A DNA stretch of 64,000 bases from Amoebophrya sp. A120 (taxonomy: Eukaryota; Protista; Dinoflagellata), in contig CAJINV010000011.1 in NCBI GenBank assembly GCA_905178155.1, forward strand, positions 3,239,380-3,303,379. Reading direction: 5' to 3'. This document shows positions 50,301 to 61,252 of the stretch, piece by piece. The notes beneath the pieces are model-generated. The model worked only from the letters and a program-made list of their open reading frames with translations. It did not search any database and was not told the origin of the DNA. Positions within the stretch are counted from its first letter, which is position 1. Each line of letters starts with the position of its first letter. Position numbers and translations under genes: made by a program.

Positions 50301-53300
50301 CACATGGAGACGGAGTGGGCCGCGCCGCGCAGTGCGGCTTCACCAGCACCAGAATTGGAGGACCAACAGCAAAGCGGAACCACTTCTGGGACGACGGGAA
50401 CTTCCGCCACCGGAGGGCGCAATGTTGATGACAAAAAGCAGCAGATGAACCTGTCGCAGTACTGGCAGCGTGTTCACTACACGGTCACGGAAAATGACGA
50501 CGAAGCGCCGACGTCCGTGCAGCTGCTCGGTTTGCGCGTCCTCGCGGTCCACCCGCAGTACATCCACGTGGTTCTCCCCCCCGACCTGCGGCGCGAAGAG
50601 GGGGCGGAGAACGATCCGAGTCGCGAGCACGCGATCGGCGACGTTTTATCCCCTGGGAAGAAGCATCGTAGTCTTTGTGAAGATTAGCGCAATCACGCAT
50701 GAGAAATCTAGTTCTCTACGGTAATTCACCATGACAAATTTCTCCAAGCGCTGTCATGCTTCGCTAATTTGTCATGCGATTTTTCCTACGAGCACGATAC
50801 TTTTGCAAAAGTGCATACGTTTTTGAGGTCATCGATTTCCAGCGCATGCGCCGCGTGATCCCGGACTTGGTCACGAAATCCATGAACAAGCAGCCTTCGT
50901 GGATCGACACCGGCGTCGGCGGGGTGTTCATCGCGACAAAAATCGGGCTGCCATTTGCAGACCAGCTGGACGCGGAGGAGGGTGGTGGAGCAACGTCAGA
51001 AATGGGTGCCGCGGCTGCGAGTCTCGAAGTATCAAATGCAAATATGTCTGGGTTGGGAAGAGTGCACGTTTGTCATGCTTGTCTGGCATGACTCTTAAAT
51101 CTGTCACGCACGTTACCGAAGAGCCCCATTTTGCTGTCATGCAGAGTCGCAGTTTGTCATGCAGAATAGGCAACATCTAGAAACCCAAAAGCTTCTCATG
51201 CAGAGCCAGCACTTGTGGCCTGTTCATGATACGCCACCCAGCATCACAAGTTTCCAGACCCAGACATTTTTACAATCCATACGAAGAAGATGAAACCGAC
51301 ATCGTGAACGACCAACAGGTTCTGTACGAGTCCTACATCACGTTCGACAACGGGCAAGTGTGGGAGGCGGTTCGGACCGATGTGGAGGAGATATGGAGTC
51401 CTCAAAGAACGTTACATTCTCAACTGTTACATGATTTGTCATGCAAAATTGCCATAAGCAACCACACGACCAAGTGGCTGCGCATGACAAATTCTCGAAG
51501 GGCTAGACAGCACCTAAATCTGTGCCAAATTTGTAATGCAAGAGCTGCAACCAAGATCCTCGTCCTCCCTTTCACTTTCGCTGGTCATGCATCACAAGTT
51601 CATGTAACAGTTGAGAATGTAACGTTTGAGAACGCCATAGGAGACACCGCTGTCTCTGCCGTCCGCGAAATCCTGCCGGTCCGCACCGGGGCTCTTGCTC
51701 GGAGTCTCGCCCGAGGCGGAGTTGTATGTGTCGCGCGACGGGTATGGAAGCGTCAGGTTTGAAATCGTCAAAGTTGAAATAATCTGTAATGCATAAAATG
51801 CATGACCCGGGGCACGTGTGTTGCAGAGCAGGCAAGTGAGGCCGATTGTAAGCCTGTTTGGGGTTACAGCTCGAGCTGCTAAAGTAGCATAAGAAAATCA
51901 CTCTTCTTTGCCTAAACAGCATGACAAACTGGATTTAGGGACCGCCGAGATCATTTGTCATGCGCCACTTAGAAACTGGGTTCCAACTGGCATCCATTTT
52001 ATGCGTGACAAATTATTTCAACTTTGTCGATTTCAACTCTGACACATCCATAAAGGGGGGCGGCGGTGGGAGCTGAGTCTGCGCGGCCAGTACCACGCGC
52101 AGATTCTCGCCGGCGGCGACATTTTGGTGGCCGCGCCGAACGCGGAAACCGGTGCAAAAGCCAACACGCTGTTAGTGTCGACCGACCAGGGCACTACCTG
52201 GTCCGCCGTGAGCCGGCTGAAACCCCTTGGAGGTGGTCGTGGAGACGGGTCAGTTGCGAACGGGGTCAGTGCAGAACAGGACGACATGCAGGCCTTCACG
52301 ATTGGGGACCGCATTTCCGTGGACAGTGACGGCGTGCGACGCGACGAGCGGTTTGCGTCCAACAAGGGAATGACTTCCTCATCCGCACTGTTCCCCCCAC
52401 CAGTAGCAGATGAAAGAGATGGCGCTCCTGCAGCTGTGCCGATGTCATCAACGTCTTCCGACGACGGTAGGAGTGCGACGGACCTTCGTATCTCCGGCCT
52501 TTTCACTCACCCCAGTTGCCTCTCCACGGTCGTGTACGTCGAGACCTTCGACACGCAAACCCGCACTTACCGCACCTACACCGTGGACATGGCGGATGCG
52601 CAGTACCAGCGGCTAGGTCTCTGCACGCTCGGAGATCTGGAACCTTTCTCCATTCGCGACGAAAACGATTGCCACCTGGGAGAACGGCTCACTTTCTGGC
52701 GCCGCCCGCGGGACGCCAGCTGCCGATCCGCCCACGTCGCCACATCCGAGATTCGCGACGAAACAGCGGATGGCATGAATACTGCCTCCTCTCTCGCGGA
52801 CCACTTCCAGGCAGGGAACAAAGATTTGTGGACCCTCCTCGGTAGAGATACGAGGGGTAGTAATGGCGAAAGCGATGTGAACAACAACAACTTGAGCAAT
52901 TTGCGGAGAAATGGGAACAGCGCCAACAACAACATGCTAACAGCGGCGTCAAACGCCATGAGCAACCAGCTCCCGGTGGACCACGCGTTCTGCGAGTGCG
53001 CGGCGAGCGACTACCTGTGCTCCCCTGGCTTCCAGCGCAGTCTCGACGCGAGCTACTGCGAACGCGTGGACCCTCAGGGACAGCTATCAAAATGAAAAAC
53101 GCCCCCTCCCCATTTAGCAAAACAGAAATCTGTGTTGCGGGATTTGCGTACACAAATTGGATTTGCAGTAGAGGACAAACGCACGCAGATCCTAGGTGGG
53201 CCGGGCCTTTTGGTGTAGGCGTCTAGAAGGGCAGAGGTCTGTCCTGTAGGCCTTACAGCAGTACAAACCGCCTGCATAAAAACGCGGCGGACTTTCTCAC

Positions 53301-54516
53301 TTTGCTTTTTTGTATAAGACGGACAGGGTTTGTGGTCTCAAAAAATCTGCAAGAACGCAAATCATCAGACAGATGCCTATCTTTTCAATATGGGGGGGGG
53401 GATGATCATGTTTCCTCAGAATAACAGCCGGATTTGGCGGTGATGTGCTCCAAGTTGCGGTGGTGGGAAACGGAACTGGTCCTGACCCGGGGCTACGAGA
53501 AGATGCCCGGTAACAAGTGCATCGAAACGAAATCGGCCAGAACCTCGAAGTTCCAGCCCATGCGGGAGACCTGCGTCGCACACAACGTCGAGTTTTACCC
53601 GTATCCTCAGGAAAAACGTCGCCACCCCATAGTCAAGATGGGAAGTCTGCTAGACAAATCCACAAGTTTTGGCGCTTGCGCATGACAAGTTGTTTCTGAT
53701 GTAGTATAGTCCTGTCTAGGTCTTCTAGCGCGGATGCATCACAGATCCGCTGTCTCATCGTGAAGATTCGCGCATGACAACTTACCAAACGGGACTAGAT
53801 GAAATTGCGCGTCATATTGCGGAGCAGCATGACAGATGCTTCGACCATGCAGACTAGCATGACAACTCTGGGCTGGGGACGTTTTTGCTCAGCATAACCC
53901 GCTGCAGGTGTTCTACCGGTTGTACGCGTTCCACCGGGTCGCGCTGGTGTTGATGACGCTCGCGTCGTATCAAATGCAAAAATGTCTGGGTCTGGAAGAT
54001 TCTGAGACTTGTCATGCACGGTTTGCATGAGCCATGACGCTTGTGATGCATGCCCTAGCATCACAGGTTTTTTGAGGGATTCTTGATGCTTATTCCGCAT
54101 GACAAATGCCCTCTCCGCGTAGCAAAAATTAGAATCCTTTTGCTGCTCATGCAACACAAATTTTTTAGATATCCAAATGCAGCATCACAAGTTGCATTCT
54201 TCCAGACCCAGACATTTTTACATTTGATACGTCGCTGGTGATTCTCTTCGTCTTCTTCGTGCTGTTTCCGGCGTTGTTGCAGGGCCTGGTGCAGCGACTC
54301 CGGAGTAGTCCCTCCCGCAGGTGGAAGGGTCGGGAATTGGACGTGGATTTCGGCGACTTGGAAAACGGGAACAGATATGACGTTAGCCAGAACAAGCGGT
54401 TTTTCTACAGTCACACGCCCGAGGTGGAGGAGGAAGTGTCCGGCCTGATTTCCCGCCGCGGGCTGAGCAAAAGCCCACCCCTGGACTCCTTCCTCAACCA
54501 AGATCCTGATATTTGA
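47325..54516 (+). CDS. VPS10/sortilin-like type I membrane receptor (12 exons, 11 introners)
   Basis: Signal peptide; Asp-box repeats YTHDGGQQW, LSRDAGRSW, ITFDNGQVW, VSRDGGRRW, VSTDQGTTW; 10CC-like CHLG...CECAASDYLCSPGF...GYEKMPGNKC; C-terminal TM segment. Confidence 0.85.
47708..48029. mobile_element. Introner, family B
   Basis: tattgtgaggaaaaatcccc ... gggatgtttccttttgata; DR ctgcg/ctgcg. Confidence 0.92.
48096..48424. mobile_element. Introner, family B
   Basis: tatcaaagtgaaaaaagcccc ... ggggcatttttccttacgata; DR aggaa/aggaa. Confidence 0.92.
48497..48758. mobile_element. Introner, family A
   Basis: tatcaaatgtaaaaatgtctgggtctggaagatt ... aatcttccagacccagacatttttgcatttgata; DR ggtgg/ggtgg. 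Confidence 0.93.
48985..49281. mobile_element. Introner, divergent family A
   Basis: tatcaactgcaaat ... atttgcatttgata; DR ccggc/ccggc. Confidence 0.88.
50647..50817. mobile_element. Introner, family D
   Basis: tatcccctgggaagaagcatcgt ... acgatacttttgcaaaagtgcata; DR cgttt/cgttt. Confidence 0.85.
51030..51281. mobile_element. Introner, family A (reverse orientation relative to 23140)
   Basis: DR cgaag/cgaag; absent from the duplicate at ~62350. Confidence 0.95.
51392..51639. mobile_element. Introner, singleton with long TIR
   Basis: tatggagtcctcaaagaacgttacattctcaactgttacatga ... tcatgtaacagttgagaatgtaacgtttgagaacgccata; DR ggaga/ggaga; absent from the duplicate. Confidence 0.95.
51743..52052. 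mobile_element. Introner, family E
   Basis: tatggaagcgtcag ... ctgacacatccata; DR acggg/aaggg; absent from the duplicate. Confidence 0.95.
53085..53423. mobile_element. Introner, family B
   Basis: tatcaaaatgaaaaacgccccctcccca ... tgggggggg...tttcctcagaata; DR acagc/acagc. Confidence 0.9.
53602..53896. mobile_element. Introner, family C
   Basis: tatcctcaggaaaaacgtc ... gacgtttttgctcagcata; DR acccg/acccg. Confidence 0.92.
53968..54229. mobile_element. Introner, family A
   Basis: tatcaaatgcaaaaatgtctgggtctgg ... ccagacccagacatttttacatttgata; DR cgtcg/cgtcg. Confidence 0.93.
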
Positions 54517-55137
54517 GCGAGTAAAGTGTTCGCACTCGTCGCGACCGATCGACCGGTTTGGGTGTCGGGTGCAGTCAGTTGATGTACTACGTATTTATTA
54601 TCTTTTTGCCTCCTGCTCCATCCTCCGGGAGGTTCTGTTGTCTGCGAAATGCCGAGGTGTTTGAAAACAAAAATTCTGCTGCTTGCGAAACGCACACAAA
54701 ATTGTCTACCCGCAACGAAGTTGAGATTTATGAAGAAAACCACTATTAGAATTGAAGTTGACGCTGCGTCACATTATACCATCGAAAGTGTAGATGTTCT
54801 GGGCTTTTTTGTTTTTCGCCTTCCGGTTGACGTCCCTCGGTGAGCTAGAGAGCAGAACAGCACTCCCTGAGTGATTGCAGGGTTTTTTAGATAGATCTTA
54901 TCATCTGACAAAGTGCCGATGCTGATTGGACTACTCGAGGCCAACATAGCCAATGTAGTCGTGCACTGTGCTGCGACATAACGAAAGATGCCCAGGCTAG
55001 CTGCGCACTGAATTTTGACGCGTTCTTGTCGACCCGCGGCTGCGGTGCGCCCAGAGGAACCAACCCTGAGGGGGTCGTGGGCATGATGGGACACGTCTGA
55101 AGACGGGAAACTGAATCAGTGTTGACCAAACCTCCCA

Positions 55138-55487
55138 TCGTGGTCCGTCCGGCGAGAATGTTGCGGGCGCGGCTTGCCACCGTGCTGCTCTACTACTCGA
55201 TTTGTGAAATAGCAACCAACACCTACGTCGCGACTACCGCCTTGCGTCTCCACCATTCTAAAGTGCGCGAGTGCAGTGCGTGCTCGCGGGCGTGCTCGAA
55301 GATGGAGGCGGAAACGCTTTGCGGGGAAACCTACCGAAACTACACGGCGGCGGCCATGAAGCCGGTTTCCGGCTGTAATTGCGAAGAGGACGGCTGGAGC
55401 TACCCGTACCTGAATCCGGGGGGACCGGCGGGGGGCCAATTCACTTGGAAGTGCTGCTTTGATCATTACTGCATTCCCGAGCCTTAA
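55138..55487 (+). CDS. Small cysteine-rich, possibly secreted protein (start uncertain)
   Basis: Hydrophobic N-terminus then CSACSRAC...C...CNC...CCFDHYC. Confidence 0.45.
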
Positions 55488-55974
55488 AAGACCAACACTA
55501 CTAGGGATCTTCACGGTTGTGGAAGCAGGCTCTGCTGAAGAAACGATCCGTTATTTCTTTTCTTTTCCGAATGCTGCTAAGCACAGAGTTGCGCAAGACA
55601 GTGACAAAAAACCGAGAAAAGTTGAACCTTATTGGAAAAGGATTTCACTCCCCACAGATCCGGAAAACGGGAGGTGCGTGGCGTACCTCCTTGTACTTAG
55701 GTGTTTTGAAGTTTTAGAACTTCAACTTCCTTGAGAAAAATTATCAGTGCTGGCAGCGAGGGTAAGTGCATTAGTGGTGTAGCTAGCGGAGGTCACAAAT
55801 GCTGGCATTAGATAGAATGAGAATGCAACAAGTGATTTGATGTTGCAGTACATCAGAGAACTTGTACTTGATGTCGAAAATTGCGGTAGGTAGGGCGATT
55901 GACCTGATAAAGATGTTGCAAAAGTGAGTGATCTCGAACAGTCATGTGCTGCGTGTACGACCCTAGTTTTAGAA

Positions 55975-58184
55975 ATGAAGACGACTGAAAATAAACGCCA
56001 TGTAGTTGCCTCCGCGATGAGCATGAATCCAGCCGCCCGGATCAAGGAGGCGGTGGTGGAGCACGGCCCGGCGCAGGGCGCGCAGAAACTGATCCGCGAG
56101 GAGTTTCTTGCCGCTAAGCGCGCTGTGGAACTCGGGGTCTACGGGGTGTGGCGACCGGTGCGATACGCAGAAGCCTCCTCGTCGTCCTCCACTACTCCCC
56201 CGCGCGTCAATACTGAACCGCGACAAGAATTCTGCGCCCGGATTGGCTTGCAGAGCCGCTGTTTTTGCGGGTTCACCTTTGCGGAGCACCGGGATTGCCA
56301 AACCGAGATTGCCGCAGCGGAACGCAGCGGCAAGAAAGCCCCGCTCGGCCGGTCCGACTGCAGCAGCGGCCCGTGTCCGAGATTCCGCTTCATCCCCAAG
56401 CGCCCAGAGGAGGTCGGGGAGTGTATTGTGAGGAAAAATCCCCCCTCTCCATATCGAAGGGGAAATTTGTGATGCTGATTTGTGATCACAAACCAGCTTT
56501 GTCTTGCGTACAAGGCAAACGGCGCCCATTTGGCGCATTGTGCAGCCAGTCTGTCATGCGTTTTCGCCTATGTCAGTCTTGTTTCTCATGCGCAGCTGCT
56601 AGCCGGATGCGTACCCTCATGGGCTTAGAATATGCCGACAAGCTCTTGCCGCAATACAGAGCTCATTTGTGTACATAAATCCAGCAACGCAGATCACCTT
56701 TTGACTATGGGGTGGGGGCTTTTTTCACTTTGATAGAGTGGTGGCTGGTGCGGCGCCGGGGGTTCGATGTCACCACCTGGCGCGCCAAGTGCCAGTGCGG
56801 CGCCGCGCACACCGAACACGCGCCGGACCTATCGGAAAGCTGCCCGCGCGGGGTCCGGCGGACCGGAAAGGTATCAATTGCAAATATGTCTGGGTCTGGA
56901 AGGATGCCGAGGTTTGTAGTGCAGCATTCGCATGCTGCAGAACAAGGTGTGGCATGCACGCCCTAGCATCACAGGCTCTCAACAGAAGGTGTCTTAATGC
57001 GTAATCCTCATGACAAAGCCCTTCTTTCGGTGGCCAGAAATGTGCAGCTTTTGGGTTCCATGCATGACAGATTTCTGTGTGAAGTGAAATGCGCATCACA
57101 AGTTGACCCAGACATATTTGCACTGGATAAAAGGGGGGGCGGTACCAGTCGGCGTGGTGCTGCGTGACCTGCGACCAGCCCTACGAAGCGCACGAGACCG
57201 TCTGGTATCCAGTGCAAAGTATATGTCTGGGTCTAGAAAAGTGGAACCTGTGTTGCATGTGTTGCATTCTCCTGAAAAATCTGTATTGCATAGCCAGCAC
57301 AGGAGGCGTTTACTTTTTTGCATGCTACGCATTAGACATGGCGTGGTCAACTAAAGCTGTCATGCTTGGATACACTACTTGAAAGCAGCACCAGGAGGCT
57401 CCTCCATACTTACTTCAGCATCACAATTTGAATTTTCCAGAGGACCCCGACATACTTATTTGCAATGCGCAATATCCGGGAAACGGAAGCGGAGCGGAAA
57501 GCCGCGCATCTTGTCGTCGGGACGGACTTTTTTCCGCTTTCGGCCGACAAAGAACTGCAGGACTTGGTGCTGCGCGGTGACGCCACCAAATCGGCCCTCC
57601 CCTTTCGCCCCAAGCCGGAACGGTCCGTGCGACTCAGCGGCCACGCAAAGCGAGCGGTTGCAGTGGTCGCAGATGTTGATCATGGTGTGTCGTCGATGTT
57701 GGAGAACGACAAGAATTTCGCGATTAATGACGACCAAGCAGGTCCTCGTCCAGGAACCGGTGGGCAGCAGGCTGCACGTTCGAATCGACGCAGTGCGTTG
57801 AATGATGTTGTGCCTCCCCGCGCCTTGAGACCGTATGTGGGAGAACGATTTGTCGCAGAAAAAAGCGAACAAGAGAAAAGAAACGTTGGAAAAGGTTCAT
57901 CTCGACGTCTAGGTAGTGAAGTTGGTCAAGAACATGTAGATTATTGCCATGACAATTGTCACAGTCTCGGACCAGCAAGCCGTGACTTTAGCAACAGCAC
58001 GCCGCTGGAGCGACGAGGCTATCATCCTCAGAAGTATGCTCAAGAAACCGAAAACAACGATTATCCGTCTTTGGAGGACTTTTTCCCACCAAAAAACCGT
58101 GGAAGCAATAAGTTTTCCCCGGCGCTGCGAAGATTCATTTGGAATGCACTGGCAGGGCCCGACCTGCTGTTGTTTTGTTTCTAG
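55975..58184 (+). CDS. FAM221 (DUF4475)-like protein (3 introners)
   Basis: Spliced SRCFCG...FRFIPKRPEEVGEWWL.RRRGFD...WRAKCQCG..HTEH...SAWCCVTCDQPYEAHETVWETEAER; 3' end uncertain. Confidence 0.8.
56424..56735. mobile_element. Introner, family B (reverse orientation relative to 48096)
   Basis: tattgtgaggaaaaatcccc ... ggggcttttttcactttgata; DR gagtg/gagtg. Confidence 0.93.
56872..57129. mobile_element. Introner, family A
   Basis: tatcaattgcaaatatgtctggg ... cccagacatatttgcactggata; DR aaagg/aaagg. Confidence 0.92.
57206..57474. mobile_element. Introner, divergent family A
   Basis: tatccagtgcaaagtatatgtctggg ... cccgacatacttatttgcaatgcgcaata; DR tctgg/tccgg. Confidence 0.87.
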
Positions 58185-58807
58185 GTGCCGAGCCACTGTT
58201 GCTGTTCTTTGTCGGTTTAATGACACCAAGGTGGAAAAATAACCTGATCGCCTCTGCTTCGCTATTTATCGGAGCCGCGCAGAGTATGTTGAGGTTTCAC
58301 GCACCGTTGAGAAGTCAGTATCCATCCTTCATTCATATGACAAACATCAAGAGAGTTGAGCCGGAGTGGAGCCGGTAGCGCAATAAAGCCGGATAGTCAA
58401 TTTATTTGCTGAAGTGCAGCTGTTCTGCGCACATAGCTAGCCTACCAATTCCAATTCGAGGCGGTAAGAATGGAAACTGCATGGCTTTTTGCACTGCAGC
58501 CTACCAATCACGGCTAGAAAAGTTGGGTCTTTCTACTATTAATCTTGCCTGTTGCAATACAGTTACAGGTAGAGATTCGATGTTCTCCGTCGTGTTGGTT
58601 GTAAGAAAAAGATCACACACTTTATTCTTGTTTCTTGGGGCGCAAAAATGGGCGTCCACGTCTGCAGGAATTCACTTTAGTCATCTTGATCTTGTTCAGT
58701 TGCTGTCACCTTCATCATTTTATCCTCCGTTCCCATTCCTTCTGCTAGGATACGAGAGAAGCTCTCTCCCGATTCACAATTTATTTGTGGAAAAAAAGGC
58801 AAAAATC

Positions 58808-60503
58808 ATGCGTGTGATGTTCTTGTTCCTCTCGTTGCCGTTGGCCGCGCTTTCCCTGGAGGAGGCCGTGGTGGATAAAGCGGCCGATATTTTCAGCCCC
58901 GTGAAAGCGCCGCAGACCTCCCAGGGGGGGGCGTATGGTCGCAAAATCGGCTCTACGAAGGGTATTCATTATCTTAGTCTTTAGACTTGAAGTAGATTTG
59001 CACTTTAACTTTATCGCGCACCGCAATTTGACAGAATGGATGTGGATGCTCATGCATTCTGATTTGGCGAACGACTCTGAAGTCACTCGCTCGGCAGTTG
59101 AAATAAAAACGAACACGGAATAACAGGGTCCAGCCCGTCAAACCGACCCAGCGCGTTTACCCCGATGACGCACAACGGGCCCAAGCCTTTGCCAAAGCGC
59201 CGTTTGCGCATTCTTACGCAAGCGCGCAAGATTGCGGCAGCGTCGCAGAAACACGTGAACACGATGACGGCGGTATCCAAAGAAAGCTGCATCGCTATCG
59301 TTTTCAATAGCAATAGACGAAAGTCAGCCCATTTTTCTGAATGGAAAAAACGAAAACCGCTTTTCGAGGAAGCTCCGCCCTCCCGGACAGGTAGCACTTA
59401 GCTAGAGGTAGCTTTTTCGCATTGCTCTGGGCAATATATTCGCAATGCCAACCGGAGTGGTTTTGTTCCTGGTTTGGTCTGCTTGTTCAGGAATTAGAAT
59501 TGCGCTTGTTTGTATGAGAGGGTAGGCTCCTCGCGGAGGACCCCGACAACCGCTCAAAATGTGGCGCTTTTTTGATTATCTTTGCCGGGGCCGGCTAACA
59601 TTTCCCCGAAAGCCGGGTCTTTTCTCACGAAAGCCTGGACCTTTCCGGAAGCGATAACGCGTGCCCGAAGTTTGGACTTTTCGTGCGGGTTTCCGTGCCT
59701 TTGCAGGACCTTCTGGAAAAAGCCAGAATCTCTTGCGAAAAGTCCGAAGTTGGAGCACGTGCTATCGCCCCCGGGAAGGGCCCGACTTTTCCTTGAAAAG
59801 GCCAACTTTCCAAGAAATGTCAAGGGGGCCCGCAAAAATGATCAAAAAGCGCGCATGTTTTTCGCGCAGATCTCGGCGTCTTCCGTGAGAGGCCGAGACC
59901 TCTCCTGCATGCCGTGCGACGTTTCGAAAAGTGGTTTGCTTTTTTCCAAAAAAATGAGTCGAGTCTTAGCTATTGAGTGAGAATGGTCGCGGTAGCGTTT
60001 TTCTTGGGACAGGTGGACCTCGCAGAAGAGTACAGGGTCAGGCCCCAAGACGTTTCCAACGCTGCGCAGTTCGATCTGTTGGACGCCGACGAGAGCGGGG
60101 ACCTGCAGGGCGCGGAGATGGAGGCTTGCCCGGAGTGGGCTGATCTCAATCAAGACAAGAAGCTGGACCGCGGCGAGCACGGTCAGTACTGCTCGTCTGC
60201 TGTTTCGGGGGGAAGCGGTGCTCCGTCCTCGTTTCTATCCGAGAAGTTCGGACTCCCAGGCGACACACACGTGGGGTATGTCAACCCTCCAGGGTGGGGT
60301 CGGCTGCAAGTTGTGAACCGGGGCGGGCGAAACATTGTCCTCGATCCCAAATTCGCGGCCGAAGTGTACGAGGATGCGCAGGGGAACAATAAAAGGTTCT
60401 TGTTCACTGAGGAGGACAAGGAAAGTGCTTACTTTGATTACGACTCGGACGTGTTCGGACCAGTCGACCATGGCTGGTCCTGCTGCGGCTGGAACACGTT
60501 CGG
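58808..60503 (+). CDS. Secreted EF-hand-like protein, partial model with GT-AG introns
   Basis: Signal peptide MRVMFLFLSLPLAALS; exon from ~60013 has FDLLDADESGDLQGAE and DLNQDKKLDRGE EF-loop motifs; 3' end not resolved. Confidence 0.5.
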
Positions 60504-61214
60504 TACTTACATTACTGTGGTGTGCGTGTTTCGCCAGGGTTTTCCTGGTGCTTTAAGTGATTCGCTCTCGTCCGTACTTGTTCTATTTTCTTTTTTGGGG
60601 AAAAATAAGATAATTTCCGGACGGCTTCGTCAATCTCAATACTTATAATACTTATAATAAAACATGCACAGCGAATGCCTTTTCGTCAGACAGGGGCAAC
60701 CAACTTTTCTGACCGTTGGCTGGGCGTCGCAAGCAAGAACTACCTCCAGTCGCTGAAATTTTTCAACACGAAGCTCCACTGAAAAACAAGAAGCTGGTGG
60801 CCGCGCGAAGATTAATGTACTAGATGCATATTTTATCCAAGAAAAAAAGCTTGTAGGTGTAACTTTCTTGGAGGAACAGCATTGCAAATCTGTTTGGCAT
60901 GAGACCAGAAGCCTGTCATGCGCAGATGGTACGTGAAAACGCTTTTGAATGGACCTTGAACGCATGCCCAGCATGACAGATGCAATCATCTTGCATATTG
61001 CGCGTCACAAAGTTACACTAACAATGCTTCTTGTATATGTGCACAACGTTCCGGTGTGCGCGAAGATCATGATGATGATGATGATGATGATGATGTTGCG
61101 GTGATGCCGGATTTGGGGAGGAGCCGCAGTGGTATTTGAAAATATGCTGCATTTTTTTAACTTTAGTTTAGGAAGGACGGTAGGGGCAGAAGTGTTGTCC
61201 TTGCATCCATCCCT

Positions 61215-61216
<2 letters not shown>

Positions 61217-61248
<32 letters not shown>
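61217..61248. repeat. (CT)n microsatellite; (GAT)n at ~61069-61095
   Basis: Directly visible simple repeats. Confidence 0.9.

Positions 61249-61252
<4 letters not shown>

Noticed and set aside
13835-57354. Many short ORFs sharing peptides such as MQICLG, SNANMSGSG, FQTQTFL, PDPDIFA, KNPPSPY
   Set aside because: These are translations of introner TIRs in various frames, not a protein family
207-57474. CRISPR-like interpretation of the recurring ~28-nt repeats
   Set aside because: The repeats are inverted pairs dispersed in eukaryotic exons, not direct repeats with regular spacers; no cas genes are present
13579-58184. Interpretation of interrupted genes as frameshifted pseudogenes or as using an alternative genetic code
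   Set aside because: One uniform rule (remove the element plus 5 nt) restores every frame, and exons contain no internal stops under the standard code
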